A DNA stretch of 64,000 nt, taken from Candidatus Marinacidobacterales bacterium. Lineage in GTDB: Bacteria; Acidobacteriota; Vicinamibacteria; Marinacidobacterales; DATDRI01. The first letter of the stretch is position 1; each line of letters begins with the position of its first letter. Below, in pieces: positions 54,626-64,000 of the stretch. The notes beneath the pieces were generated by a model that saw nothing but the letters and a program-made list of their open reading frames with translations, was not told the origin of the DNA and did not search any database. A program made the translations under genes and the position numbers. The DNA lies in contig CBDCNP010000002.1 in assembly GCA_965219415.1 (NCBI GenBank), positions 4,608,001 to 4,672,000 on the forward strand, in the 5' to 3' direction.

Positions 54626-54654
54626 GATATACTACAGACGTAATAGGCTGTCAA
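54626..54654 (-). promoter_or_regulatory. sigma70-like promoter with embedded BlaI/CopY-type operator
   Basis: TTGACA-17 bp-TATATC on the minus strand; TACAGACGTA resembles the TACA-NN-TGTA box. Confidence 0.55.
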
Positions 54655-54686
54655 GATGACGAGGATGAAAAGTAAAGGTTTGAGCT

Positions 54687-54882
54687 GCAGCTTCGCCGAC
54701 GAGAGCGTGGGAACCAGGAGACTCACGACATGGACAACGAACACATCCGTGCCCTGGCGCACGGGTTGCCGCCCACCGGCCGGGAAGGCATCGGAGTCGA
54801 TCGACTGATCATGATCTGTACCGACTGGCGATCCGTCCGCGACGTCATTCTCTTTCTTCACATGCGTCCTGAGACTCTTTAG
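54687..54882 (+). pseudogene. lysS: degenerate 3' fragment of lysyl-tRNA synthetase
   Basis: [39 protein letters not shown], class II motif 3. Confidence 0.75.
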
Positions 54883-54904
54883 TCGACCTCCATGCCTTAC
54901 GAAT

Positions 54905-55130
54905 GGTGCTTCCGCCATCAAGTGTTGGTGGCTGCCGCGTAACCCGCTCGTGTGCTAGAGTTTGAGCTTGATTTCGAGAGACGCAGTTCTTTCGGCGATG
55001 CGGGTTGGGCTGACCACACGGTGCCTGACGTTCAGAGACACCTTCGTGTGCACGCCGACATCCTTATTAATGGCGTTCGCCGACACAGGCAGGCCAGTTG
55101 ACACTAGCATTCAAACACGGCGTAGCAACA
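54905..55130. mobile_element. internally deleted IS1-type element whose right TIR is split by IS1111 (remainder at 56574-56593)
   Basis: Left TIR GGTGCTTCCGCCATCAAGTGTTGG; right TIR halves GCGTAGCAACA and CTTGATGGCGGAAGCACC. Confidence 0.75.
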
Positions 55131-55199
55131 TATCTGGACTCCTCTAGTCAAGCCCCTTTCTTTCTAGTCACGCCCCTTTCTTAATAAATCTTCCATCGA

Positions 55200-55450
55200 A
55201 GCTGCGCATCCATCGCGTCGTGACGAGTGGGTCAGACTGCAAACGTATCTTCGGCCTCAGTGAGGAGCGTCTTGGGTGCTCCGGGCCATGATGGAAAATC
55301 CGCGCGCGAGGAGCCAATCACTTTGAACGACCTCTTAGGGCCAGTGTTGCTATTGGCTTGACCCCGCGCCGGTCCGACCGGTACGCCATCAGTTGGATGG
55401 GTATCGTCGCAGCCTCTTTTGGAAGGGAAAAAGGAAAACACGAAAGTGGA
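55200..55450 (-). ncRNA. predicted bridge/seek RNA of IS1111 copy 1 (same in copy 2, ~61590-61845); boundaries approximate
   Basis: Stem AGCCAAU/AUUGGCU encloses an internal loop matching the target; a second loop matches the donor junction. Confidence 0.7.
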
Positions 55451-55460
55451 GCCTCTAAAT

Positions 55461-56492
55461 CTAAGCGGCCACCGGCGACTGGAATTCACTCTCGCGGGTG
55501 GAGACGGCCCAGACGATCCGGGCGAGTTTGTTGGCGACAGCAATCACGGCCTTGTTGTGTCCCCGCGAGCGGTGGACCTTCCGAGCCCAGGCGCGGAGCT
55601 TGTCGGGCGGGCTCTTGCTGACGTTCGCCGCGCGGAGCACGGCGCGCCCGCCCTGGGTGAGGAGCATACGGAGGTAGGAGTCGCCACGCTTGGTGATGCG
55701 TCCGAGGCGGCGAATGTCGCCACTGGAGTTTTCCTTGGGAACTAGGCCGAGGTAGCTCGAGAAGCGGCGCCCCGATGGGAAGCGGCGAAGATCGCCGACG
55801 AAGCCCACGATGGCGGTCGCGGCCAGAAGTCCGATGCCGGGAATGGCGAGAAGTCGTTGGACTTCAGGAAGCTGCTTGGTGAGCGCCTTGAGCTCGTGCT
55901 CGATGCTAGCGCACTTGTCCTTGAGTTCTCGAATCTCGGAGCAGGCATCACGGAGATGCGAACGGAGCACGTCGGGCAAATCAGAATCAGCGTCTTCGAC
56001 GAGTTCGAAGAGGGCGGGCACGACGAAGTGAGCGCCCTTTGGGATGATGAATCCGAGTTCGCGCAGGAGCCCGCGTACGGCATTGATGCGTGCGGTCCGT
56101 GTGGAGAGCCATCCTGAGCGCAGGCGATGGAGCGCAGCGAGGGTGTGCTGGTGCACGGACTTGATGGGTACGGGAAGAAGCTCCTCGTTCCTGTAGGCCT
56201 CGAGCAACGCCTTCGTGTCGGCGCGGTCGTTCTTGCTCCCGCGTCGATACGGCCTCACGAGGTGAGGTGGGAGCAGGACGACGTCGTGTCCCAACCTTCG
56301 GAACGTCCTTGCCCAGAAGTGAGCCGAGCCGCAGGCTTCGAGAAGCACGGTGGCAGCGCTCTGTTTGGCAAAGAACGACACCAATTTGGGTCGACTCACA
56401 CGGAGTTGCTTGGACACCTTCCCCGCTTCTCCCGAGATGGCAATCTCGAAGACGTTCTTTGCAAGATCCACAGCGATTGTCGTATCTTTCAT
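55461..56492 (-). CDS. IS110-family (IS1111 group) DEDD recombinase
   Basis: AVDLAKNVF, LEACGSAHFW, KNDRADT, NSSGD, ANKLARI. Confidence 0.95.
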   Translation of the reverse strand: MKDTTIAVDLAKNVFEIAISGEAGKVSKQLRVSRPKLVSFFAKQSAATVLLEACGSAHFWARTFRRLGHDVVLLPPHLVRPYRRGSKNDRADTKALLEAYRNEELLPVPIKSVHQHTLAALHRLRSGWLSTRTARINAVRGLLRELGFIIPKGAHFVVPALFELVEDADSDLPDVLRSHLRDACSEIRELKDKCASIEHELKALTKQLPEVQRLLAIPGIGLLAATAIVGFVGDLRRFPSGRRFSSYLGLVPKENSSGDIRRLGRITKRGDSYLRMLLTQGGRAVLRAANVSKSPPDKLRAWARKVHRSRGHNKAVIAVANKLARIVWAVSTRESEFQSPVAA

Positions 56493-56593
56493 TCGGACTC
56501 CTCCTTTTCGATGCGTATTCGACTGACTTTGGCACATCGATGCCGTCTATGTCAGTGGAGGAGTCCATTCCATCACTTGATGGCGGAAGCACC

Positions 56594-56990
56594 CGCTCTT
56601 GGCGTGGAGTGCGCCCGCGACCGCCACTAGAACCAGTGTAAGTCCGCCGAAGACGGCGGACTTACACGTGAGAAGCGTCCCTCCGGCGGCTATCTGGAAA
56701 GAGGGCGCGTGCCCCAGCCACCAAGAAAGCATGGGCAATGCTGGTGCACCCGTACGTTCGTGGTCCATCGGGGTTCCAAGCGAACCCATTTCCGGCCAGA
56801 ATATTGTCGGTGTAGCGCAGAAACATATAGGCATCGTCGACCCTGGTGCTCTCGGCCGCGAGCATCCGATACGCGTAAAACCCGACCATCTCCACCATCA
56901 GCAGCGGAATGACGAGAGTGGGCGTCCACCTCATCGTCGTCCGACCGGGATTCGCTCCGAGGTGGGCACCGCTTCTGCAAGCAGGGACGA
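56594..56990 (-). pseudogene. N-terminal fragment of another GT-C-like membrane protein
   Basis: VDDAYMFLRYTDN...WNPDG...YGCTS; cut by the IS1 end. Confidence 0.65.
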
Positions 56991-57116
56991 ATCCATATGT
57001 TTCAAAAGGACTTGCTATACCACTCGCGCACCCCGGGGGTGGAGCCGCTGGATTGGCCGTTTGCAGCGTAAACGTTATAAAGTGTAGCTTCCGTCGAAGC
57101 GTAAGGAGGTTTTCCC

Positions 57117-57841
57117 TGAGCCCGAGTGTTGCGGTCGCTATTCCCTGCTACAACGAAGCAACCACTATCGCCAAAATCGTACGTGACTTCCGCCGGGTCC
57201 TTCCCCAAGGGGAGATTTGCGTTTTCGACAACGCTTCCACAGACGAAACGGCCGAACGAGCCCGAGAGGCCGGTGCTCGAGTTGTCGCGGAACCGAGACG
57301 CGGCAAAGGCTTCGTCGTGCAACGGGTCTTCGAGATCGTGGATGCTGACATCTGTGTCCTCGTCGACGGCGACGACACCTATTTCGCCGAGGATCTCGAC
57401 ACGCTGCTCGCGCCCATTCTTGCGGGCGAAGCCGACATGGTCGTGGGAAACCGTCTCGTAAACGCTTCAGCCGAAGCACTCACCGGGTTCCGGCGTTTCG
57501 GCAACCGGTTCTTCATCGGATTGGTGAATCTCTTGACGCGAACAACACTCCATGACGTGCTCTGCGGCTACCGGGCCATGAATCGCCGATTCCGCAAGGC
57601 GGTGCAGCTGCAGAGTAGCGGCTTCGAGATCGAGACCGAGCTGACGTTACGCGCGGTGCGGGAAGGTATGGCGATCCGGGAAGTTCCGATCGGCTACCGC
57701 GAGCGTCCCACGGGCAGCTACTCGAAGCTGAGCCCGGTGAAAGACGGCTTGCGTATACTGTGGGTGATCACAGCGCAGCTCATTGGACTCCAAGAGCGTC
57801 CCCGGAAGTCGGCACGGAGCAACAACGCTCGCATCGACTAG
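57117..57841 (+). CDS. GT2 glycosyltransferase (polyprenol-phosphate sugar synthase-like); start uncertain
   Basis: IPCYNEA, FDNASTD, VDGDDTY, FEIETEL. Confidence 0.9.
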
Positions 57842-57906
57842 CGCTCATCGCTTCCTTTCGTCGCCGAAGACGATCGGGATGCACCTTCGACTAGAATGAG
57901 CTAGGC

Positions 57907-60123
57907 GTGTCGACGGGACGATTTAACAACGTGAGCGCAGCTTCTATCTGGGAGCACCTCGCGTTTTTTCTGGGCTATCTCACTATTGCAGTGGTGCTCC
58001 TCGCACCCATGAGCTTGTCCCCGGCGAACCGCCTCGCCGACGACGGGGACTCGTTACAAGGCCTGTGGATTATCTGGTGGGGATCGAGCCACCTTTTTCC
58101 CGAGCTGGGACAACTCTTCGACGCCAACTCCTACTACCCTCACCCGCTCGGACTAGCCTATTCCGAACCGATGCTCACCGAGGCGATCCTCGTTTGGCCG
58201 CTGTTCGAGGCGATCTCGAATCGGGTGCTCGCCATCAACGTCCTGACTTTCCTGAGCCTCGCGTCGGCTGCGTTCGCATGTCACTTGCTCGTTCGAGAGC
58301 TGACCGAAAGCCGTATGGCCGCGTTTGTGGCCGCTCTGTTCTACGCGTTCAACTCCTACGTGCTCTCCCACCTCGCGCAGCTTCAGCTCGTCTCGGTTCA
58401 ATGGATTCCGTTGGCGCTATTCTTCCTTCATCGCTCGTGCACCCGGAGCCAGGCGCGCTACGCGCTCGCGTTCGCGGCGACGATCACCCTCCTCGGTTTG
58501 TCGAGCTTCTACTACCTCGCTTTTTTCTCTATTGCGCTCGCGATCGTGTTACCAGCGTACTTGTTCTCATGCCGTGCCTGGCGGCACCTTCGCCAACTCG
58601 GCCTCCTGGCCGCGGGCGGGCTCGTGAGCGCCATCATCGTTTTCGTGGTGGCGTCGCGCTACCAAGAGCTCTTCGAGCGATACGGTTTTACTGGCGAGCC
58701 AGCCACTCTCGACCTTTGGGCGTTTTTCGAGCCGCCTCCGGGAAGTCTTCTCTTCGACGACCTCGCCCCGTACCGCCTCACATCCTACTTTCTAGGTTAT
58801 GTCGCGGTCGGGCTCGGCATCTGGGGTGTCTTTAGTCTGATACGCGACCGCAAGACGGCGACGAGTGGAGCCCCACTCATCGTCTGGCTCGCCTTCGCAC
58901 TGACCGGCATTCTCGCTTTTTTCCTCGCCGCTGGTCCTCACCTATGGATTCAGGGGCAGTATGTCGGGGTCGGCCCGTTCGAGCTTCTCCGAATGGCCGC
59001 TCCGTTCGAAAGATTGAGAGAGCCGGCACGGATGGCGGTTCTGGTCTACTTGGCGCTCGCAGTGTTCCTCGGACGAGGCGTCGCCCAACTCTTCGGCCGA
59101 TTGTCGAGACAGAAGCAAATCGTCTGCGCTTTGCTCGCCGGCGGACTCGTCGTGGCGGAGCAATGGTCTCCGCGTCGAACTCAGGGTATGGAGATCCCCA
59201 CTGGAGACGCGCTACCATCGGCGTACGAGTGGCTCCGTGATTACCCCGAGGCCGGAGCGGTGGCCGAGCTTCCGGTCCGTCGGTTCCACGAGATTCGAAA
59301 AACGTCGCTCGAAGCCTATTTCTCTACGTTCCATGAACGTCCCATCCTGTTCTCGAAGCCGAGCTTCTATCCGCCGGCGATGGAGCTATTGCAGTGGGAG
59401 CTCCGGGATTTCCCCGATGAACGCTCTTTGTACTTGCTGCGGGCGCTCGATGTCCGACTCGCGCTCGTCCATCCCAAACGCTGGGAAACGAACCGAAGGT
59501 TTCGAATGCGCCGCCTCGACCGCTTTGGCGACGCCATGACACTCCTGAGCACGTTCGAAGATCGAAGCGACCCATTGTGGGCCCACTACCAGCTCGGGGG
59601 CGAACGTCTATATCGGGTAGCATCGGAGGGGGAAGGACGAGACGACCTCGGACTCCCGCGCGAGTGCCACTGCCGGGAGATCGACCGGAGCACGTTTCGC
59701 CTCGAAGCCAATGGCGTGACCTCTCCGGAGCTAGCGATCGACGGAGACCGCCTCACCAAATGGACCACCGGTGAGGGACAGAGAGAGGGGTATTTTTTCG
59801 AGATCGCCTTCGATCGGCCGCAGCGTCCCGTGCGCGTCGAGATCGAGGTGGCGTTCCCCTACGGGGAGTTCGCGCGCAATCTGGAGATGAACGGCTACCG
59901 CGGCCAACGCGGCTACCGGGTAACACAGATCGAGGATCTCCCTTACAAAGCGGAGTTGATGCGACAGCTGGTCGAGCGACCGACCGAAGCACGGCTTCGC
60001 TACGATCTCGAGCCCATGCCGATGGAGCGCTTGCGTCTGTTCATCCACCGGACCGAGAGAGGTACGATTGGCTGGAGTATTCCCGAGATCCACGTGTACG
60101 AGCAGAGGGAAACGGCGCGTTGA
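57907..60123 (+). CDS. polytopic membrane protein (YfhO/GT-C-like) with C-terminal discoidin-like domain
   Basis: LFDANSYYP..LAYSE, many TM segments, R.PARM, AIDGDRLTKWTT. Confidence 0.7.
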   Translation: MSTGRFNNVSAASIWEHLAFFLGYLTIAVVLLAPMSLSPANRLADDGDSLQGLWIIWWGSSHLFPELGQLFDANSYYPHPLGLAYSEPMLTEAILVWPLFEAISNRVLAINVLTFLSLASAAFACHLLVRELTESRMAAFVAALFYAFNSYVLSHLAQLQLVSVQWIPLALFFLHRSCTRSQARYALAFAATITLLGLSSFYYLAFFSIALAIVLPAYLFSCRAWRHLRQLGLLAAGGLVSAIIVFVVASRYQELFERYGFTGEPATLDLWAFFEPPPGSLLFDDLAPYRLTSYFLGYVAVGLGIWGVFSLIRDRKTATSGAPLIVWLAFALTGILAFFLAAGPHLWIQGQYVGVGPFELLRMAAPFERLREPARMAVLVYLALAVFLGRGVAQLFGRLSRQKQIVCALLAGGLVVAEQWSPRRTQGMEIPTGDALPSAYEWLRDYPEAGAVAELPVRRFHEIRKTSLEAYFSTFHERPILFSKPSFYPPAMELLQWELRDFPDERSLYLLRALDVRLALVHPKRWETNRRFRMRRLDRFGDAMTLLSTFEDRSDPLWAHYQLGGERLYRVASEGEGRDDLGLPRECHCREIDRSTFRLEANGVTSPELAIDGDRLTKWTTGEGQREGYFFEIAFDRPQRPVRVEIEVAFPYGEFARNLEMNGYRGQRGYRVTQIEDLPYKAELMRQLVERPTEARLRYDLEPMPMERLRLFIHRTERGTIGWSIPEIHVYEQRETAR

Positions 60124-60237
60124 CTACGTTTATCTAATCGTCGCGCCCACGTCTTGGAGAATCGCTTCCGTCCTGGATGTGTCCCGAGGTCCGTGGAAAA
60201 AGAACGGCGCCCTCCACTCCGTCATCAGAGTATCATA

Positions 60238-61190
60238 TCAGGCGGCAACCTCCGCGTGTTCGAGAACCTCGCTCAGACGTTGGTAGCCGTCGATGCGTCG
60301 TAGTTGAATCTGGCCAGAGGCGATAAGCCCAAACAGCAAAGCGACCGCAGACTCCTCGCTGGAGAACGACGCTTGGGTTTTCGTCCGGCGTCGAAACTCG
60401 CGGTTGAGATTCTCCAGAGCTTTGGTCGTTCGAAACGATTTCCACATGGCACGAGGGAATTCGTAGAAGGTCAGCAGCTGATTACCGGCCTCCTCTAGGC
60501 TTCGGACGACGGCCGGCGCGAGAGGCGTCCACTTGGCGACGAGCTCGTCATAGGCTTTGCGAGCATCGATCCCGTTCTTGGCGTAGACGATCCGGTTGTA
60601 GTCACGCCGGAGCTCACGGCGTGCGTGCGCCGGGCAATGTTGGAGCAAGTTGGCGCGCTTGTGCTCGGTACATCGCTGCAACCGGCACCCCGGCCACTTC
60701 TCCAGCGCTTTCGTCAGCCCCCTGTGGCCGTCGCTGATCACTAGCTTGGGAGCCCGGAGTCCTCGAGCCTGGAGTCCCTCCAGCGCGGAGCCCCAATGCG
60801 TCGAGGCTTCGCTCACCGCCAGACGCAATGACAACAGACGTTTGTGCCCGTCTGGCGCGACCCCGAGCGCGGCCAGTACGGGTACGCTGATCACACGTTT
60901 CGCCATCCGCACTTTCAGGTGGAAGCCGTCCAGGTAAACGATCGCGTAGACCTCCTCGCTGAGAGCACGGTTCTGCCATTCCTCGAAGCGCTCCTTCAGC
61001 CGACTAACCACGCGAGACAGCGCGCTCTTCGATAGGTGCTCCTCACCGAGCAGTGGTTTCAGCGCTTTGCGGACCCGGCGGCTATTTGTGCCCGACAAGT
61101 ACGTCCCCAAGAGCGCCTCGTCGACCTCACGAGTCCGGCGCGCGTACCGGGGCAACAGGAACGACGATGAACGAGATATGCTCTCAAGCA
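60238..61190 (-). pseudogene. IS256-family transposase, 5'-truncated
   Basis: VYLDGF, ISDGHRGL, QRCTEH, LENLNREFRRR. Confidence 0.85.
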
Positions 61191-61542
61191 TTGCTGGACC
61201 CTGATTGAGGCCGAATCCGAGGCAAGTAAGGACATCAAGGAGGCCCAAGCCCACTTGGACTAGAACGTGCTAGCCCGCTACGTCGCGGTAGCCCGGCCTC
61301 GATTCTGGGTTCCTCGGGTGGTCTCTTTTTCCGCCGCCGCACGGCCCCCGGTCAGCGCCTGGCTTCCCCTATTTGGCGCAGACGTGCGTGAGGTCAAAAT
61401 ACTCATGCGGCTTCCCGATGGTAGAAACGTAGCAGCCCGCCAAGCCGTTCACGGGAGCGCACCTTGCGCTCGGACTGAGGTAACTGGTTGCTGGCTGGGC
61501 ACAGCACACTAGCCTTCAAATGCCTCTAGCGGCGTAGCAACA

Positions 61543-62965
61543 TATCTGGACTCCTCTAGTCAAGCCCCTTTCTTAATAAATCTTCCATCGAAGCTGCGCA
61601 TCCATCGCGTCGTGACGGGTGGGTCAGACTGCAAACGTATCTTCGGCCTCAGTGAGGAGCGTCTTGGGTGCTCCGGGCCATGATGGAAAATCCGCGCGCG
61701 AGGAGCCAATCACTTTGAACGGCCTCTTAGGGCCAGTGTTGCTATTGGCTTGACCCCGCGCCGGTCCGACCGGTACGCCATCAGTTGGATGGGTATCGTC
61801 GCAGCCTCTTTTGGAAGGGAAAAAGGAAAACACGAAAGTGGAGCCTCTAAGTCTAAGCGGCCACCGGCGACTGGAATTCACTCTCGCGGGTGGAGACGGC
61901 CCAGACGATCCGGGCGAGTTTGTTGGCGACAGCAATCACGGCCTTGTTGTGTCCCCGCGAGCGGTGGACCTTCCGAGCCCAGGCGCGGAGCTTGTCGGGC
62001 GGGCTCTTGCTGACGTTCGCCGCGCGGAGCACGGCGCGCCCGCCCTGGGTGAGGAGCATACGGAGGTAGGAGTCGCCACGCTTGGTGATGCGTCCGAGGC
62101 GGCGAATGTCGCCACTGGAGTTTTCCTTGGGAACTAGGCCGAGGTAGCTCGAGAAGCGGCGCCCCGATGGGAAGCGGCGAAGATCGCCGACGAAGCCCAC
62201 GATGGCGGTCGCGGTCAGAAGTCCGATGCCGGGAATGGCGAGAAGTCGTTGGACTTCAGGAAGCTGCTTGGTGAGCGCCTTGAGCTCGTGCTCGATGCTA
62301 GCGCACTTGTCCTTGAGTTCTCGAATCTCGGAGCAGGCATCACGGAGATGCGAACGGAGCACGTCGGGCAAATCAGAATCAGCGTCTTCGACGAGTTCGA
62401 AGAGGGCGGGCACGACGAAGTGAGCGCCCTTTGGGATGATGAATCCGAGTTCGCGCAGGAGCCCGCGTACGGCATTGATGCGTGCGGTCCGTGTGGAGAG
62501 CCATCCTGAGCGCAGGCGATGGAGCGCGGCGAGGGTGTGCTGGTGCACGGACTTGATGGGTACGGGAAGAAGCTCCTCGTTCCTGTAGGCCTCGAGCAAC
62601 GCCTTCGTGTCGGCGCGGTCGTTCTTGCTCCCGCGTCGATACGGCCTCACGAGGTGAGGTGGGAGCAGGACGACGTCGTGTCCCAACCTTCGGAACGTCC
62701 TTGCCCAGAAGTGAGCCGAGCCGCAGGCTTCGAGAAGCACGGTGGCAGCGCTCTGTTTGGCAAAGAACGACACCAATTTGGGTCGACTCACACGGAGTCG
62801 CTTGGACACCTTCCCCGCTTCTCCCGAGATGGCAATCTCGAAGACGTTCTTTGCAAGATCCACAGCGATTGTCGTATCTTTCATTTGGACTCCTCCTTTT
62901 CGATGCGTATTCGACTGACTTTGGCACATCGATGCCGTCTATGTCAGCGGAGGAGTCCATTCCAT
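61543..62965 (-). mobile_element. IS1111-type IS110 element, copy 2 (CDS 61853-62884)
   Basis: Near-identical to copy 1, with the same CA/TG junctions inside an IS1 TIR. Confidence 0.9.
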
Positions 62966-62999
62966 CACTTGATGGCAGAAGCACCCCATCAGATGATAA

Positions 63000-63180
63000 G
63001 TTGACCGAACCCCTGCGAGAGGTGGCCAAGTACCTCAAGATCAAAGACCGCACGATTTACCGTTTGGTTGCCAAGAGAGAGGGATTCCAGGTTTCAAGGT
63101 TGGTGGTTCCTGGCGGTTCAGGAAAAGCGAGATCGACCAGTGGACAGCAGGGAACGCGGTCGGGCCGGATGACATAGGAG
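63000..63180 (+). pseudogene. excisionase-like HTH_17 gene, frameshifted
   Basis: LREVAKYLKIKDRTIYRL, then IPGFKVGGSWRFRKSEIDQW in another frame. Confidence 0.7.
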
Positions 63181-63199
63181 AGCCGGTGGAGCGGGAGCA

Positions 63200-64000
63200 A
63201 TGACCATTCCAAAGATATTCGAGACATGCCGGCCACGCGCGGATGTTCTCAAGGGAGCGATTACCGAGGCCGACTTTGCGGCGGACTTGGCTCAAGTCAT
63301 CATCGGGGTGGGCAATGTCGAATATCTTGATTCGGCCCGTTTCTTCGCCAACACCTATCCCACGAGGGGCCTTAAGAACCTGCTTGCCAACGTGTGTCGG
63401 CGGCTGGTGGGTGCGGGTGGTGAAGTCGCGTCGATTTTCCGGCTCGACACCGCCTACGGCGGCGGTAAAACCCACGGGCTGATCGCGTTGTGCCATGCCG
63501 CCCGGGGCATGCAGGGTGTGCCGGGTATCGCGGAGTTTGTCGATCCCTCCCTTCTGCCGCAGAGCCACGTCCGTATCGCCGCCTTCGACGGCGAGAACGC
63601 AGATCCGGCCAATGGGCGGAGGATGGAAGCAGGTCTTCTCGCTTACACCCCTTGGGGTGAGATCGCTTATGCACTTGCTGGCAAGGATGGGTATGCGCGG
63701 GTGCGCAAGAGCGACGAAAGCGGCATCGCTCCGGGTGCCGAGACCCTGCGCGAGCTGTTCGGTGGTGAGCCGACACTGATTCTGCTCGACGAGTTGTCGG
63801 TTTACCTGCGCAAGGTGCGCAAGCTCGAGGACGCTCGCGATCAGCTGACGGCATTCTTGACCTCGTTGTTCAAGGCCGTCGAAAGCGCACCCAACGCCGT
63901 CCTGGTCTACACGCTGGCGATCGGAAAGGATGGCCGTGCGACCGACGCCTACAACGAAGAAAACCAGTTCATCGCCGACCACATGGCGGAAGCGGAGAGC
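63200..64000 (+). CDS. DUF499 AAA+ ATPase, partial (runs off window end)
   Basis: Manual translation: PRADVL...FAADL...FFANTYPT...YGGGKTHGLIAL...TPWGEIA...LILLDE. Confidence 0.85.
   Translation, partial: MTIPKIFETCRPRADVLKGAITEADFAADLAQVIIGVGNVEYLDSARFFANTYPTRGLKNLLANVCRRLVGAGGEVASIFRLDTAYGGGKTHGLIALCHAARGMQGVPGIAEFVDPSLLPQSHVRIAAFDGENADPANGRRMEAGLLAYTPWGEIAYALAGKDGYARVRKSDESGIAPGAETLRELFGGEPTLILLDELSVYLRKVRKLEDARDQLTAFLTSLFKAVESAPNAVLVYTLAIGKDGRATDAYNEENQFIADHMAEAES

Larger units (their letters stand above)
55131..56573 (-). mobile_element. IS1111-type IS110 element, copy 1
   Basis: Subterminal IRs TGGACTCCT/AGGAGTCCA; ~330 bp non-coding 3' end. Confidence 0.9.

Noticed and set aside
54226-54921. 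231-aa BlaI with long N-terminal extension
   Set aside because: The extension is antisense lysS scrap plus promoter; the start at 54618 gives a normal-sized repressor.

Overview
A GC-rich bacterial accessory region saturated with mobile DNA. The gene content (BlaI/M56-TonB pair, roadblock protein, GT-C-like membrane proteins) suggests Acidobacteriota, which is an inference. Mobile DNA: one intact IS1-family element plus MITEs and ends derived from it; three intact copies and many isolated ends of a poorly characterised rve/DDE 'integrase core' IS family; IS3, IS256, IS21 and IS5 pieces; a tandem IS110 dimer; and two IS1111-type IS110 elements. Defence-type cargo: a RES protein, a PARIS-like ATPase/DUF4435 pair, an MmeI-like R-M enzyme, a type I-C cas4-cas1-cas2 module with a 23-repeat array and no effector genes, a DUF4062 protein, a HEPN protein, a brxL remnant and the start of a DUF499 ATPase. 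Five observations stand out. (1) Both IS1111-type elements sit at the same dinucleotide of the IS1 terminal repeat, and their non-coding ends carry readable bridge-RNA-like target and donor loops. (2) A three-gene operon looks like a chaperone/antitoxin/ADP-ribosyltransferase toxin system. (3) The CRISPR adaptation module is bracketed by inverted IS copies like a composite transposon. (4) An IS110 dimer sits in the A-tract frameshift site of an IS3-like element. (5) A long non-coding repeat occurs about 7 times, always on the same strand, twice next to an orphan tandem TerS-like gene. All family assignments come from motif recognition by eye; no searches were run.
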